Of a stretch of DNA of 64,000 nucleotides, positions 47,221-55,412 are shown in pieces. The notes under the pieces were generated by a model that was not told the DNA's origin, made no database searches, and saw only the letters and a program-made list of their open reading frames with translations. Source of the DNA: a virus. Taxonomy: Duplodnaviria; Caudoviricetes. The number at the start of each line of letters is the position of its first letter. Positions within the stretch are counted from its first letter, which is position 1. A program made the translations under genes and the position numbers. The stretch covers positions 1 to 64,000 of the IMG/VR virus record IMGVR_UViG_3300014203_000012. The stretch is one strand, 5' to 3'.

Positions 47221-47232
47221 TATACTCTAGTT
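47221..47232 (-). promoter_or_regulatory. Late-type promoter, ACT variant
   Basis: AACT-agagta-TA. Confidence 0.5.
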
Positions 47233-47277
47233 AATTCAATAAAGGGGTAAATATGCTGAACGCATTTAGCGTTCAGT

Positions 47278-47658
47278 CTAGTAATGTTTTTTACTATAAT
47301 CTAAATTGGTTAGTATTCGTGGGGTATATGTATAGTTTCTTTGAACGATAGTATCGATTTCACCGCGAATCTTATCAATTGCAACTATAGTATTGCTGTT
47401 ACGACATATACAATTAAATATACTATTATGTATTTTTATTTTTCTACGTCTAAGCAATACATCTTGAAGCATCGAATACGCTTTCCATCCATCATATGCA
47501 TTTAATTTAGAAAATTCTATATAATGTTCTATATCTGTTTTTTCTAAATCTATTTTAGAGAGTGCATCGTTATGCTGTTTTAGAAATTTATCAATTTCAC
47601 CCTTATTCTTTCCGGTCAATAATAATAAAGTATCAATAATATTTATTATTTCATCCAT
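47278..47658 (-). CDS. Hypothetical coiled-coil phage protein
   Basis: DIEHYIEF..LNAYDG..RRKIK..YTPRIL. Confidence 0.7.
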   Translation of the reverse strand: MDEIINIIDTLLLLTGKNKGEIDKFLKQHNDALSKIDLEKTDIEHYIEFSKLNAYDGWKAYSMLQDVLLRRRKIKIHNSIFNCICRNSNTIVAIDKIRGEIDTIVQRNYTYTPRILTNLDYSKKHY

Positions 47659-49234
47659 CTATTATCACCCTTTCTACAATGGTGCGCTCTACTATGTTTC
47701 TCTGTGCCATATTCATTTGATAGTTGTATATCTGTTGAATATAAGCAATTTGTCTAGCGGCAACAATTTGATTATATTTCACATCAAGCTCTTTATCACT
47801 AATGAATATATCGGTAGACTCTGTAGCATACTTATCGAATATCTGTTGTTTCTGCTTATAATATTTCTTGATAGATAAGAACCCTCTATCTACTGCTTCT
47901 ATATAAACAGTATCTCTGGCTCTTGTTCTCCCCAATGTTTGTCTAGCCAACACTTCAGACTTAAAAGGTTCAGCTAATACAATAGTTAATACAAGCCCAG
48001 GAATATCTATTGCTGCACCGCAGGACTTAGTAGTTGAAAGTATAACCCTCTTATTCAACTGCTCAGCCTTTATATTCTTAGGAACTAGAGAATTATATAT
48101 TCCTATCTGACCAAGATACTCTGGGAAATAATAACTCATCCAATTAAATACTATTTGTATCGCACTATTAGTGCCTATATATATTAAAGTTTTACCATTC
48201 TTTTTCCTACTAATTTCCATGAGAATATAGATTAACTTATAGAACTCTGGTCTTGTTACTGCATAATTTGTATAATTGTTTCTATCAAACCCATAAGCAT
48301 TCTTACAATCATTTATTTGAAATGCAGTAGGATGAGAGTTATAACTGATCCCTATATATTTTGTTCTAGGATCTTCCTCCTCATTAAATAGATCAATAGC
48401 AGGAACGTTCTTAAAGCACATTTGGTAGATTATATTTTCTTCTTCATCACTTCTAGCGGGAGTTGCAGTAAGATATATAGTCTTCATTGTATTAGTGAAG
48501 AAATCTATCTTACAAATATTATCGAAATTAAGATGAGCTTCATCGTATATCTTAATCCCAACCCCAAGTAGTTTAAATAACCCTCCAACTTTATCCCAAC
48601 CGTGTTTATCTCCATAACTCTTTATAGTATCATGGGAAGCTAGAATAAACTTATACTTTGTAAAATCATTCATTCCATTTAATAGTCTAGCGATAGATCC
48701 ACTGCCAGCAATAATATAAACTTCTTCTTTCTTTATATCTGTATACTCTACAATATTATTTTTCCATTGATCTATCCATCCTAAAGATGAAGTAATCATC
48801 ATTGTCATTATAGACGTGTATGATGCCATAGCTATACTTACATACGTCTTACCAACTCCAGGATTTAGATTTACTGATAGTTGAGACTTTGCTTTAGTAT
48901 AGCTATACTCATCCTTACCAAGAACAAATCTAATAGCTTCTTTTTGAACGTCATCTCTTGGTAAATATTTAATCCTAATTGGTTCTACTTTTCTACATGG
49001 ATCGCATTTACTATCTAAATATGCCTTGCAACCAAATACACCTTCTATAAAGTATATATCTGCTCCTCTTGGAAGATACAATTTTTTATTCTCTTCATCA
49101 TAATAAATTGCTTTAGGAAAACTTATATGTCTTATTTTATCATACGTACTAAAAAACTTTTCTAATCTAGGAGCATTTCCAAGCTCATAGTTATTAATAA
49201 CTATGCTTGAATGTCTCACTTCTATTTTATTCAT
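47651..49234 (-). CDS. Superfamily 2 DEAH helicase (UvsW-like)
   Basis: NPGVGKT, DEAH, TAT, AIDIP, QTLGRTR. Confidence 0.88.
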   Translation of the reverse strand: MNKIEVRHSSIVINNYELGNAPRLEKFFSTYDKIRHISFPKAIYYDEENKKLYLPRGADIYFIEGVFGCKAYLDSKCDPCRKVEPIRIKYLPRDDVQKEAIRFVLGKDEYSYTKAKSQLSVNLNPGVGKTYVSIAMASYTSIMTMMITSSLGWIDQWKNNIVEYTDIKKEEVYIIAGSGSIARLLNGMNDFTKYKFILASHDTIKSYGDKHGWDKVGGLFKLLGVGIKIYDEAHLNFDNICKIDFFTNTMKTIYLTATPARSDEEENIIYQMCFKNVPAIDLFNEEEDPRTKYIGISYNSHPTAFQINDCKNAYGFDRNNYTNYAVTRPEFYKLIYILMEISRKKNGKTLIYIGTNSAIQIVFNWMSYYFPEYLGQIGIYNSLVPKNIKAEQLNKRVILSTTKSCGAAIDIPGLVLTIVLAEPFKSEVLARQTLGRTRARDTVYIEAVDRGFLSIKKYYKQKQQIFDKYATESTDIFISDKELDVKYNQIVAARQIAYIQQIYNYQMNMAQRNIVERTIVERVIIDG

Positions 49235-49248
49235 TCTAATCACCCCAT

Positions 49249-49260
49249 TATAAAGCTGTT
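49249..49260 (-). promoter_or_regulatory. Late-type promoter (helicase)
   Basis: AACA-gcttta-TA. Confidence 0.7.
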
Positions 49261-49332
49261 GGATAGCAAATTAAAATAAAATTATAAAAAAGAAAAGAGA
49301 GTGATATTTCTAGCACTCTCATATTACACACT

Positions 49333-50187
49333 TTATTCTTTGATTGGATAAACATTTTGCTCGTGTATGAACGATTTATATTTTATATCTTTTGTGGCAG
49401 CATGATAAACAAATCTAAGTATATTACCATCAAAGAGCAATTTAGGAACTACCATTGTGATGATTCCATTAGTCATACTAGCTTTATAAGATACAATATC
49501 TTCCTTTATAGCTTTAGGCAAGCTATCACCTTCATTGTCAATAAAATAAGATGATATATCATAAATTTTATTGAATACGTGAGGCGGAACTATACTACCA
49601 ATTATCTCCGATATTAATGGATTATTTCTTTCTGGTTTGTGTATAAATATGAAATGTGAGATTAATGGTATTACAAATTTGACAAATAGACTAGTTTCCA
49701 TAAGAGAAATAGTTTCCTCGTCGGTATAGTCCAATACCTTATATTTAGATTTTTTATAATGCATTTCTGAATTATAATTATCTAAATTCATTTTCTTAAT
49801 CTTTTCAGATATAACTCCACTTAGTATATAATTTTGAATATCTGAAATAAACAATTCTTTAGTATACTCTTCTGTTTTGAAATTCATTAAAAGGCTCATG
49901 CGTTCATATGCTGAGAGTAAATTCTTCTCAGGATCATAGAACTTTTCGAAGTAATTAAGATAATGAGTTAAATGCTCGCGCATATACTCACTATTATATG
50001 CACGTTTAGATGTCATTACAAAATGATTTACGATACTATCTTGAGGTTTTACCGCAATAGATATAGTACCCTGTGAATGTTTAAATATTTGATCCTCTTC
50101 TGGAATGTTGTGAATATACACATTGGAGTTAGGACGTACCAAACACCATTTGTCCGCTGGAATAAAATTAGACTGTTCTGCTTTCAT
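49333..50187 (-). CDS. Hypothetical early protein
   Basis: AAGGAG RBS; early promoter. Confidence 0.7.
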   Translation of the reverse strand: MKAEQSNFIPADKWCLVRPNSNVYIHNIPEEDQIFKHSQGTISIAVKPQDSIVNHFVMTSKRAYNSEYMREHLTHYLNYFEKFYDPEKNLLSAYERMSLLMNFKTEEYTKELFISDIQNYILSGVISEKIKKMNLDNYNSEMHYKKSKYKVLDYTDEETISLMETSLFVKFVIPLISHFIFIHKPERNNPLISEIIGSIVPPHVFNKIYDISSYFIDNEGDSLPKAIKEDIVSYKASMTNGIITMVVPKLLFDGNILRFVYHAATKDIKYKSFIHEQNVYPIKE

Positions 50188-50230
50188 TGTTATCAATCTC
50201 CTTCAAGATATAATGCAATTGTCTTATTGC

Positions 50231-50246
50231 TCACTTATATAATATA
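50231..50246 (-). promoter_or_regulatory. Early-type promoter
   Basis: TATATTAT-ataag-TGA. Confidence 0.75.
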
Positions 50247-50259
50247 TAATCAAAAAATA

Positions 50260-50285
50260 AAAGGCTACCTATATAGGTAGCCTTT
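50260..50285 (-). terminator. 26 bp perfect palindrome terminator
   Basis: AAAGGCTACCTAT|ATAGGTAGCCTTT. Confidence 0.75.
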
Positions 50286-50288
50286 ATA

Positions 50289-50660
50289 TTAGATATCAAA
50301 ATACGGATTAAATAGTCTTAGCATTGCTTGTATGGATGCATTCTTGGCTGATAGTAAGAGGGTTATACCATTTCTGAAATCCTCCTCGGTCATTCTTTCA
50401 TCATAACTATAAAAGACAACACGATCACAATCAAAGCTACAATCTTGCATAAACTCAAATCTTGGACCGTTGTATATTTTTTCAATTCGTTCAGTAAACA
50501 TAGCAAGAGGTCTATCCCATACTTGGAATTCTCCATCTTTAATATACATTGCTTTATAAATAACTCTTTCTTCTAGAGTTTCTGTGTCTTTAGCAATGTT
50601 CAATATAACGTAATAGTTACCCTTAAAATGTCTGTAAATCTGCCCTACTTTAACTTCCAT
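50289..50660 (-). CDS. DUF1653-family protein
   Basis: GQIYRHFKGNYY..AKDTET....VIYKAMY..VWDRPLAMF. Confidence 0.8.
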   Translation of the reverse strand: MEVKVGQIYRHFKGNYYVILNIAKDTETLEERVIYKAMYIKDGEFQVWDRPLAMFTERIEKIYNGPRFEFMQDCSFDCDRVVFYSYDERMTEEDFRNGITLLLSAKNASIQAMLRLFNPYFDI

Positions 50661-50661
50661 A

Positions 50662-51108
50662 TTAAATATTCTCCTCTTGTATAAACTCATTAGCTTGCTT
50701 TATGAAATTAGCGTATAACATATTCGATAATAATTCTATTCTTTGTTGGTTGGCTTTAATAGCAAACGCTGCTTCTTTATCGATTGGTAACACTAATACC
50801 ATCTCGACACCTTCAGTGTTTAATAATTTATCTATAAAATCTTTATCCTCATCATCAAGTGGAGATTCTGGAGTTTTATAAGTAGACGGGTCTATAAATA
50901 CATATATAAATTTATACCTTTCTTCTTTAATTATAGAGAAGTTTGGATATAAATTTGCAATATCATATTTACCAGAACCTACTCTTTTAAGCAACTCTAT
51001 CAGCTCAGTATTCTTTTTATATAATACTCTAGCCGTGCGAATATCTCCTTTATTTTTATACCAAATTACCAGAGATCCAGCTTTATTGTAATCAAACATA
51101 TTAATCAT
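50662..51108 (-). CDS. Hypothetical protein (paralogue of upstream gene)
   Basis: MFDYNKAGSLVIWY..GD.R..KKN..L..LL.R. Confidence 0.7.
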   Translation of the reverse strand: MINMFDYNKAGSLVIWYKNKGDIRTARVLYKKNTELIELLKRVGSGKYDIANLYPNFSIIKEERYKFIYVFIDPSTYKTPESPLDDEDKDFIDKLLNTEGVEMVLVLPIDKEAAFAIKANQQRIELLSNMLYANFIKQANEFIQEENI

Positions 51109-51551
51109 TCCTCTCTTTTTATAATACCTCTAACTCGCATTTCAAAACTTGTAAGTATTGAAGAGGAAAACGATTCCGCGTTTAATGGTATCGTTTTCAT
51201 ATGATCTATTAAATTTTTATTAATATCGATAGATACTACCATTTCAAAACCACCCATTTCTATTAGTTTAGGTATAAGAATATCAGTACTACCATCAAAT
51301 GGCGATTTTAGTTTCATCTCACAGTAGTACTTACTATCTGCAAATATATACATAAAATTATATTTATCTTTAATCAAAGAACAGTTAGGGATTAGTTTAC
51401 AAATGACAATTTCGTTTCCGTGTGAATATAATCTTTGCAATAATTTCACAAGAGCATCGTTCTTTTTATTTAGCGATGTGTCGCAACGCGTATCCCCATT
51501 AACAATATACCAAATATTTAGCGAGTCTGGTGTGTTAAAAAGGTCAAACAT
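51105..51551 (-). CDS. Hypothetical protein (paralogue)
   Basis: MFDLFNTPDSLNIWY..GD.R..KKN..L..LL.R. Confidence 0.7.
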   Translation of the reverse strand: MFDLFNTPDSLNIWYIVNGDTRCDTSLNKKNDALVKLLQRLYSHGNEIVICKLIPNCSLIKDKYNFMYIFADSKYYCEMKLKSPFDGSTDILIPKLIEMGGFEMVVSIDINKNLIDHMKTIPLNAESFSSSILTSFEMRVRGIIKREE

Positions 51552-51969
51552 TGGCTATCTCCTTTCTCACACTTTCTATATACTTTTCATATAAAACTCT
51601 ATATTGATTATCTTCAGAATCGCATATTAGATTTCCTACACATATTTTAGCCAATATACCAACAGCCATTCCAATTTCTTTATATATTTTAATAACTTCA
51701 TTAGTATTAAAATATTTATCTTCTATAAAGATGCTAATCTTTTCAACCATATTATCAGTGGCGTGTTTAAATATTATATTAAATAATTCGTCTGATACTT
51801 TAGTTAATCTTCTCTGCAATAATTGATTTTCAGAGAAGCGTAAATCTTTTATTTTAATATTAAATAAATCAATTGAGTTATTACATATAATATCAATAGG
51901 ATAATTATCGATAATTTTTATATCTTTATTTAATTGAACATCGTCTATTTCTATATTTGAAAATATCAT
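51544..51969 (-). CDS. Hypothetical protein
   Basis: AAGGAG RBS. Confidence 0.65.
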   Translation of the reverse strand: MIFSNIEIDDVQLNKDIKIIDNYPIDIICNNSIDLFNIKIKDLRFSENQLLQRRLTKVSDELFNIIFKHATDNMVEKISIFIEDKYFNTNEVIKIYKEIGMAVGILAKICVGNLICDSEDNQYRVLYEKYIESVRKEIANV

Positions 51970-51993
51970 ATAATCATCTCCTTATAAAAATAA

Positions 51994-52018
51994 AAGAGAG
52001 TGCATATTGCACTCTCTT
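51994..52018 (-). terminator. Hairpin terminator, GCA-N3-TGC apex
   Basis: AAGAGAGTGCA-tat-TGCACTCTCTT. Confidence 0.75.
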
Positions 52019-52024
52019 ATGTAA

Positions 52025-54187
52025 TTAATTTGTATCTTTGACTCTATGCCGTATAGCTGGACAGAAGTTTTCTTGCTTAGGATTGTCGTCTATGATATTA
52101 GACGTATCACTAAGAAAGTTCTGTGGCTGTTTCATGAAGAATAGATCCATATATGATGGAGAATCCTTCTTGAAGGATAGTGGATAATACAATGCTTTGC
52201 TTAAGTTTTGATAGAGCATAGATATTGTAATACTAGGATTATCAGTAAGCGCCTGATTCAAAGTTATAACCTGATATGGCTCATCTGGGCAATCCCAATC
52301 TGGATTGTCTAGAATACTACCTGCACTTCTTATTTGATTCATAAGAAGTATTTCTAAATGGACAGCCATAATATGTAGATTACCTTCTAATATAAGTTCC
52401 ATCAAAGCCTGCAGTATAGCATCTTTAGTATAACTCTCTGGGCTTTCTTTCCTTTTCTTAGGATCTATTTTCTTATTTAGTGTGCTTTGAATATCATCAA
52501 GTGTCTTGCTTAATTCATTATTGTGAAGTTTAATAAAGAATAAAGCCAGGTCTTGTTTATTCAGTTCAAATAGATCTAGCTGCAACATATCATCTTCAGT
52601 TGTAATCGCATGTTTCTTTAAATATGTATTAAACTCTGACGATAAATACATTGGGTTATCATCTTCTGTTTTTATAATTGTACGTTCTCCCTCTTTATCC
52701 TCCATATAGAATTCTGTGGTGAACGTATTATAATCTCCATCTACAACGTCTTCTTCGTCGTCATCATCCAAATAGTCTGTTTTCTTATAATCATCTTCAT
52801 TCTCTTGAATAAGTTTAAGAGGATCAAAAACCATATAAGTTCCTTTTGGAAAGTTAAAATCTGTTGATAACTGAAGGATATTAATATTAATCGCAAAATA
52901 ATTAGTGAATTCTGGAACCCATGACATTTTCCGAATAATAGTTTCGAGTAAATGCTTAGCCGATAGTTGCCGCTGAGTAAGTTCGGATGAAAGGTTTTCA
53001 GCAGCGAACTTACCAATCTTGATATTATTATTGGTATACGCCAAGTCTCCGTAACATTTATAACATACACCATTACCTCTAGCGGCAGATGCACATGTCA
53101 TTGGACTACGAAGATAAATTGTTTTACCTATTAGAGATGTATCTTTTGAGTGTATGGAATATTCTATTCCATTTGGATTGAACCGATAATATCTATCGGT
53201 TAGAAGATCAAGTATCTTTTTATTTTTAATATTTACTATTTGGAAATTACTAGTATGACAATCATAAGTAGAATCGTCATGTATCGTCGTATCTATATTA
53301 TTCAAACCTAAGATACGAGCAAAGTTACCACTATACCCTACATTGTTCTTCATCTGAATTTGTGCAACCCGAGAAGAACTAGAGTCTATAAATTGGTTAA
53401 GAATACTATTCAGTGAACCACTAAGATAACTACCATCAATGATAGCAGGATGAACCCCGCCTTGACCATTGGGTTTGGACCCGATGTGGATTGCAAATTC
53501 TTTATATTGTCTTTCATTAATCCCTTCTCTAGATAAGAACGGATCTCTGAGACAATGATGGTACCCTATTAAATTTTTAGAATCGTTAATGATAATAGCT
53601 TTAGCTCTTCTAGCTTTTATCATACCGAAATCCTTAACATCTTCGATAGGAGTATTAGGGAATGTAGTATGCATGATAGCATCAAACTCTGGGCTAGCAT
53701 TCATTAATGCAATATCATCTTCCAAATTAATTGTGTTTGCAATAAACATAGAGAACCTGTCGACATCAACAAAGTTATGTAAAGTATCATCGATAATGTT
53801 ATTCATACGCACACTATCCATTTCCTTTCTAACCTCATCAACAAAATGATCGTCAATAAATCCTTTAATATTATCCTGAGTAATTGCAGTATGAAAATAC
53901 AAATGTTTACCTGTGATCTGTTTCGCCGAACGTACAATCAGATACCAGTGAATTATATTAAAATAGAGATCCATTATAGACATATCGACGATGTCACCAT
54001 CACCAAAGTCTACCGTGATAAAAGTTTTTTGTAGAAATTCGGTTTCGATACCGTCTCGCATTAGGTTTAGAACACCATCATAGTGCTCGTGCCAATTATT
54101 CATGGTTATATCACTTGTGTGCAAAACCATCTTTCCTGTCTTTACAAGCTCTTGGTAAATATGATAATTATTAAAATTAGTTAGCAT
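52025..54187 (-). CDS. Non-virion RNA polymerase beta' subunit, C-terminal part (phiKZ gp74-like)
   Basis: Bridge-helix-like SSRVAQ..VGYSGNFAR, LRSPMTC..VCYKCYG Zn site, IGKFAAENLSSELTQRQLSAKH trigger loop, VHLEIL. Confidence 0.9.
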   Translation of the reverse strand: MLTNFNNYHIYQELVKTGKMVLHTSDITMNNWHEHYDGVLNLMRDGIETEFLQKTFITVDFGDGDIVDMSIMDLYFNIIHWYLIVRSAKQITGKHLYFHTAITQDNIKGFIDDHFVDEVRKEMDSVRMNNIIDDTLHNFVDVDRFSMFIANTINLEDDIALMNASPEFDAIMHTTFPNTPIEDVKDFGMIKARRAKAIIINDSKNLIGYHHCLRDPFLSREGINERQYKEFAIHIGSKPNGQGGVHPAIIDGSYLSGSLNSILNQFIDSSSSRVAQIQMKNNVGYSGNFARILGLNNIDTTIHDDSTYDCHTSNFQIVNIKNKKILDLLTDRYYRFNPNGIEYSIHSKDTSLIGKTIYLRSPMTCASAARGNGVCYKCYGDLAYTNNNIKIGKFAAENLSSELTQRQLSAKHLLETIIRKMSWVPEFTNYFAININILQLSTDFNFPKGTYMVFDPLKLIQENEDDYKKTDYLDDDDEEDVVDGDYNTFTTEFYMEDKEGERTIIKTEDDNPMYLSSEFNTYLKKHAITTEDDMLQLDLFELNKQDLALFFIKLHNNELSKTLDDIQSTLNKKIDPKKRKESPESYTKDAILQALMELILEGNLHIMAVHLEILLMNQIRSAGSILDNPDWDCPDEPYQVITLNQALTDNPSITISMLYQNLSKALYYPLSFKKDSPSYMDLFFMKQPQNFLSDTSNIIDDNPKQENFCPAIRHRVKDTN

Positions 54188-54245
54188 TGCCCTGCCCCCT
54201 TACCTCGTAGTAATAATAAGTTGGATGAGATTTCAAATCCAATTC

Positions 54246-54261
54246 TCATGTATATAATATA
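54246..54261 (-). promoter_or_regulatory. Early-type promoter (nvRNAP beta'-C)
   Basis: TATATTAT-ataca-TGA. Confidence 0.75.
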
Positions 54262-54277
54262 TAATTGAGACAGAATA

Positions 54278-54306
54278 TAGAAGGATAGCAAAATGCTATC
54301 CTTCTA
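54278..54306. terminator. Hairpin, GCA-N3-TGC apex
   Basis: TAGAAGGATAGCA-aaa-TGCTATCCTTCTA. Confidence 0.75.
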
Positions 54307-54323
54307 ATAAAAAATAAAAGGTA

Positions 54324-54719
54324 TTACCCTTTTATTTTTCGTATTTTATATATCTCTTGAATTACTCTATCATTGAATATGGTATAATCAACTTGATGAT
54401 TGTAGGGATTAATTTTATTAAAATATCTGCCATCTACCTTCTTGCACATCTTCCCAATCCATTTCATCATTTTACTATATGCTTCATTTGTCGATTCTGA
54501 TTCTTTGTAGTTTAGAACGGTGTATATCTTATGATCGAAAAAGTCTTCGTAGTCGAAACATCCTACAAACTTATCTATTTTTATAATTATTACACCTTTA
54601 TCTCCTTTAGATACTATCGCATAGTCAATTTCACCTTTCTTTAAACCTCTACCTACACACATCTCCACACTAGATATATTAGGTATTCTATCAACTATAG
54701 CCTCTCCAAAAAATGACAT
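54324..54719 (-). CDS. Hypothetical early protein
   Basis: GGAGGT RBS; early promoter. Confidence 0.7.
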   Translation of the reverse strand: MSFFGEAIVDRIPNISSVEMCVGRGLKKGEIDYAIVSKGDKGVIIIKIDKFVGCFDYEDFFDHKIYTVLNYKESESTNEAYSKMMKWIGKMCKKVDGRYFNKINPYNHQVDYTIFNDRVIQEIYKIRKIKG

Positions 54720-54743
54720 AATTTAACCTCCAATATTATTTAT

Positions 54744-54759
54744 TCACATATATAATATA
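54744..54759 (-). promoter_or_regulatory. Early-type promoter
   Basis: TATATTAT-atatg-TGA. Confidence 0.75.
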
Positions 54760-54771
54760 TAACCAGAATAT

Positions 54772-54798
54772 AGAGGGATAGCATAATGCTATCCCTCT
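54772..54798. terminator. Hairpin terminator, GCA-TAA-TGC apex
   Basis: AGAGGGATAGCA-taa-TGCTATCCCTCT. Confidence 0.8.
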
Positions 54799-54813
54799 TA
54801 TTATATTCTTCTC

Positions 54814-55236
54814 TTAGCGACCAAGTGGTTTAGTGAATGCATTAGGAGTGATTTTAAGCAAGCTGCGTTGAGCAACAACTGCATCTTTCTTAACACGGGT
54901 TGCATACTTATTCATAATCTTACCAATTAGTTCGCGTTCTTTGATACGGTTTTTACGCAACATTCCCCAGTTGGCATCCCCATCTTCTTTTGCTTTTTGG
55001 AAAGCAGCGATTTTGATACGGCGAGTTAAATCATCGATTTTGGAAAGACGTACAATTGTTTTCTTTCCGATAACACCAGCTTCTTCTAGTGCTTTTACTT
55101 CATCTGAAGCCAAGTATTCGTTTCTTTGATCTTCGTTCATCATTCCAACGGTTTGAACAAAGATCTGCTCCATTACAGCAGTCATGTCAGTTACACCAGT
55201 TTCGTTTATTGCGGTGTCTTCATTAAAGAATCCCAT
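54814..55236 (-). CDS. Probable head/internal virion protein (acidic N-terminus, basic C-terminus)
   Basis: Two late promoters; FNE/INE/LEE candidate maturation sites. Confidence 0.6.
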   Translation of the reverse strand: MGFFNEDTAINETGVTDMTAVMEQIFVQTVGMMNEDQRNEYLASDEVKALEEAGVIGKKTIVRLSKIDDLTRRIKIAAFQKAKEDGDANWGMLRKNRIKERELIGKIMNKYATRVKKDAVVAQRSLLKITPNAFTKPLGR

Positions 55237-55267
55237 TTTCAAAAACCCCCTAAGGTATATTTTATTT

Positions 55268-55279
55268 TATAAATATGTC
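55268..55279 (-). promoter_or_regulatory. Late-type promoter
   Basis: GACA-tattta-TA. Confidence 0.55.
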
Positions 55280-55300
55280 CACAGTATAGCACCTGTAGTT

Positions 55301-55312
55301 TATTTAGATGTT
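55301..55312 (-). promoter_or_regulatory. Late-type promoter
   Basis: AACA-tctaaa-TA (identical to the portal promoter). Confidence 0.65.
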
Positions 55313-55365
55313 TGGTAAATACAAACCTGTTAAAATCATACGATATTAATTTTTAATACAATGGC

Positions 55366-55377
55366 TACATTAATTTA
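55366..55377 (+). promoter_or_regulatory. Late-type promoter (PolB-C)
   Basis: TACA-ttaatt-TA. Confidence 0.5.
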
Positions 55378-55412
55378 ATGAGCTATACGTATTGATAAAG
55401 GGGAGATTAGAG

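Noticed and set aside
49333-50187. Possible nvRNAP specificity subunit or chimallin fragment
   Set aside because: No motif I can match with confidence; needs HMM or structure search.
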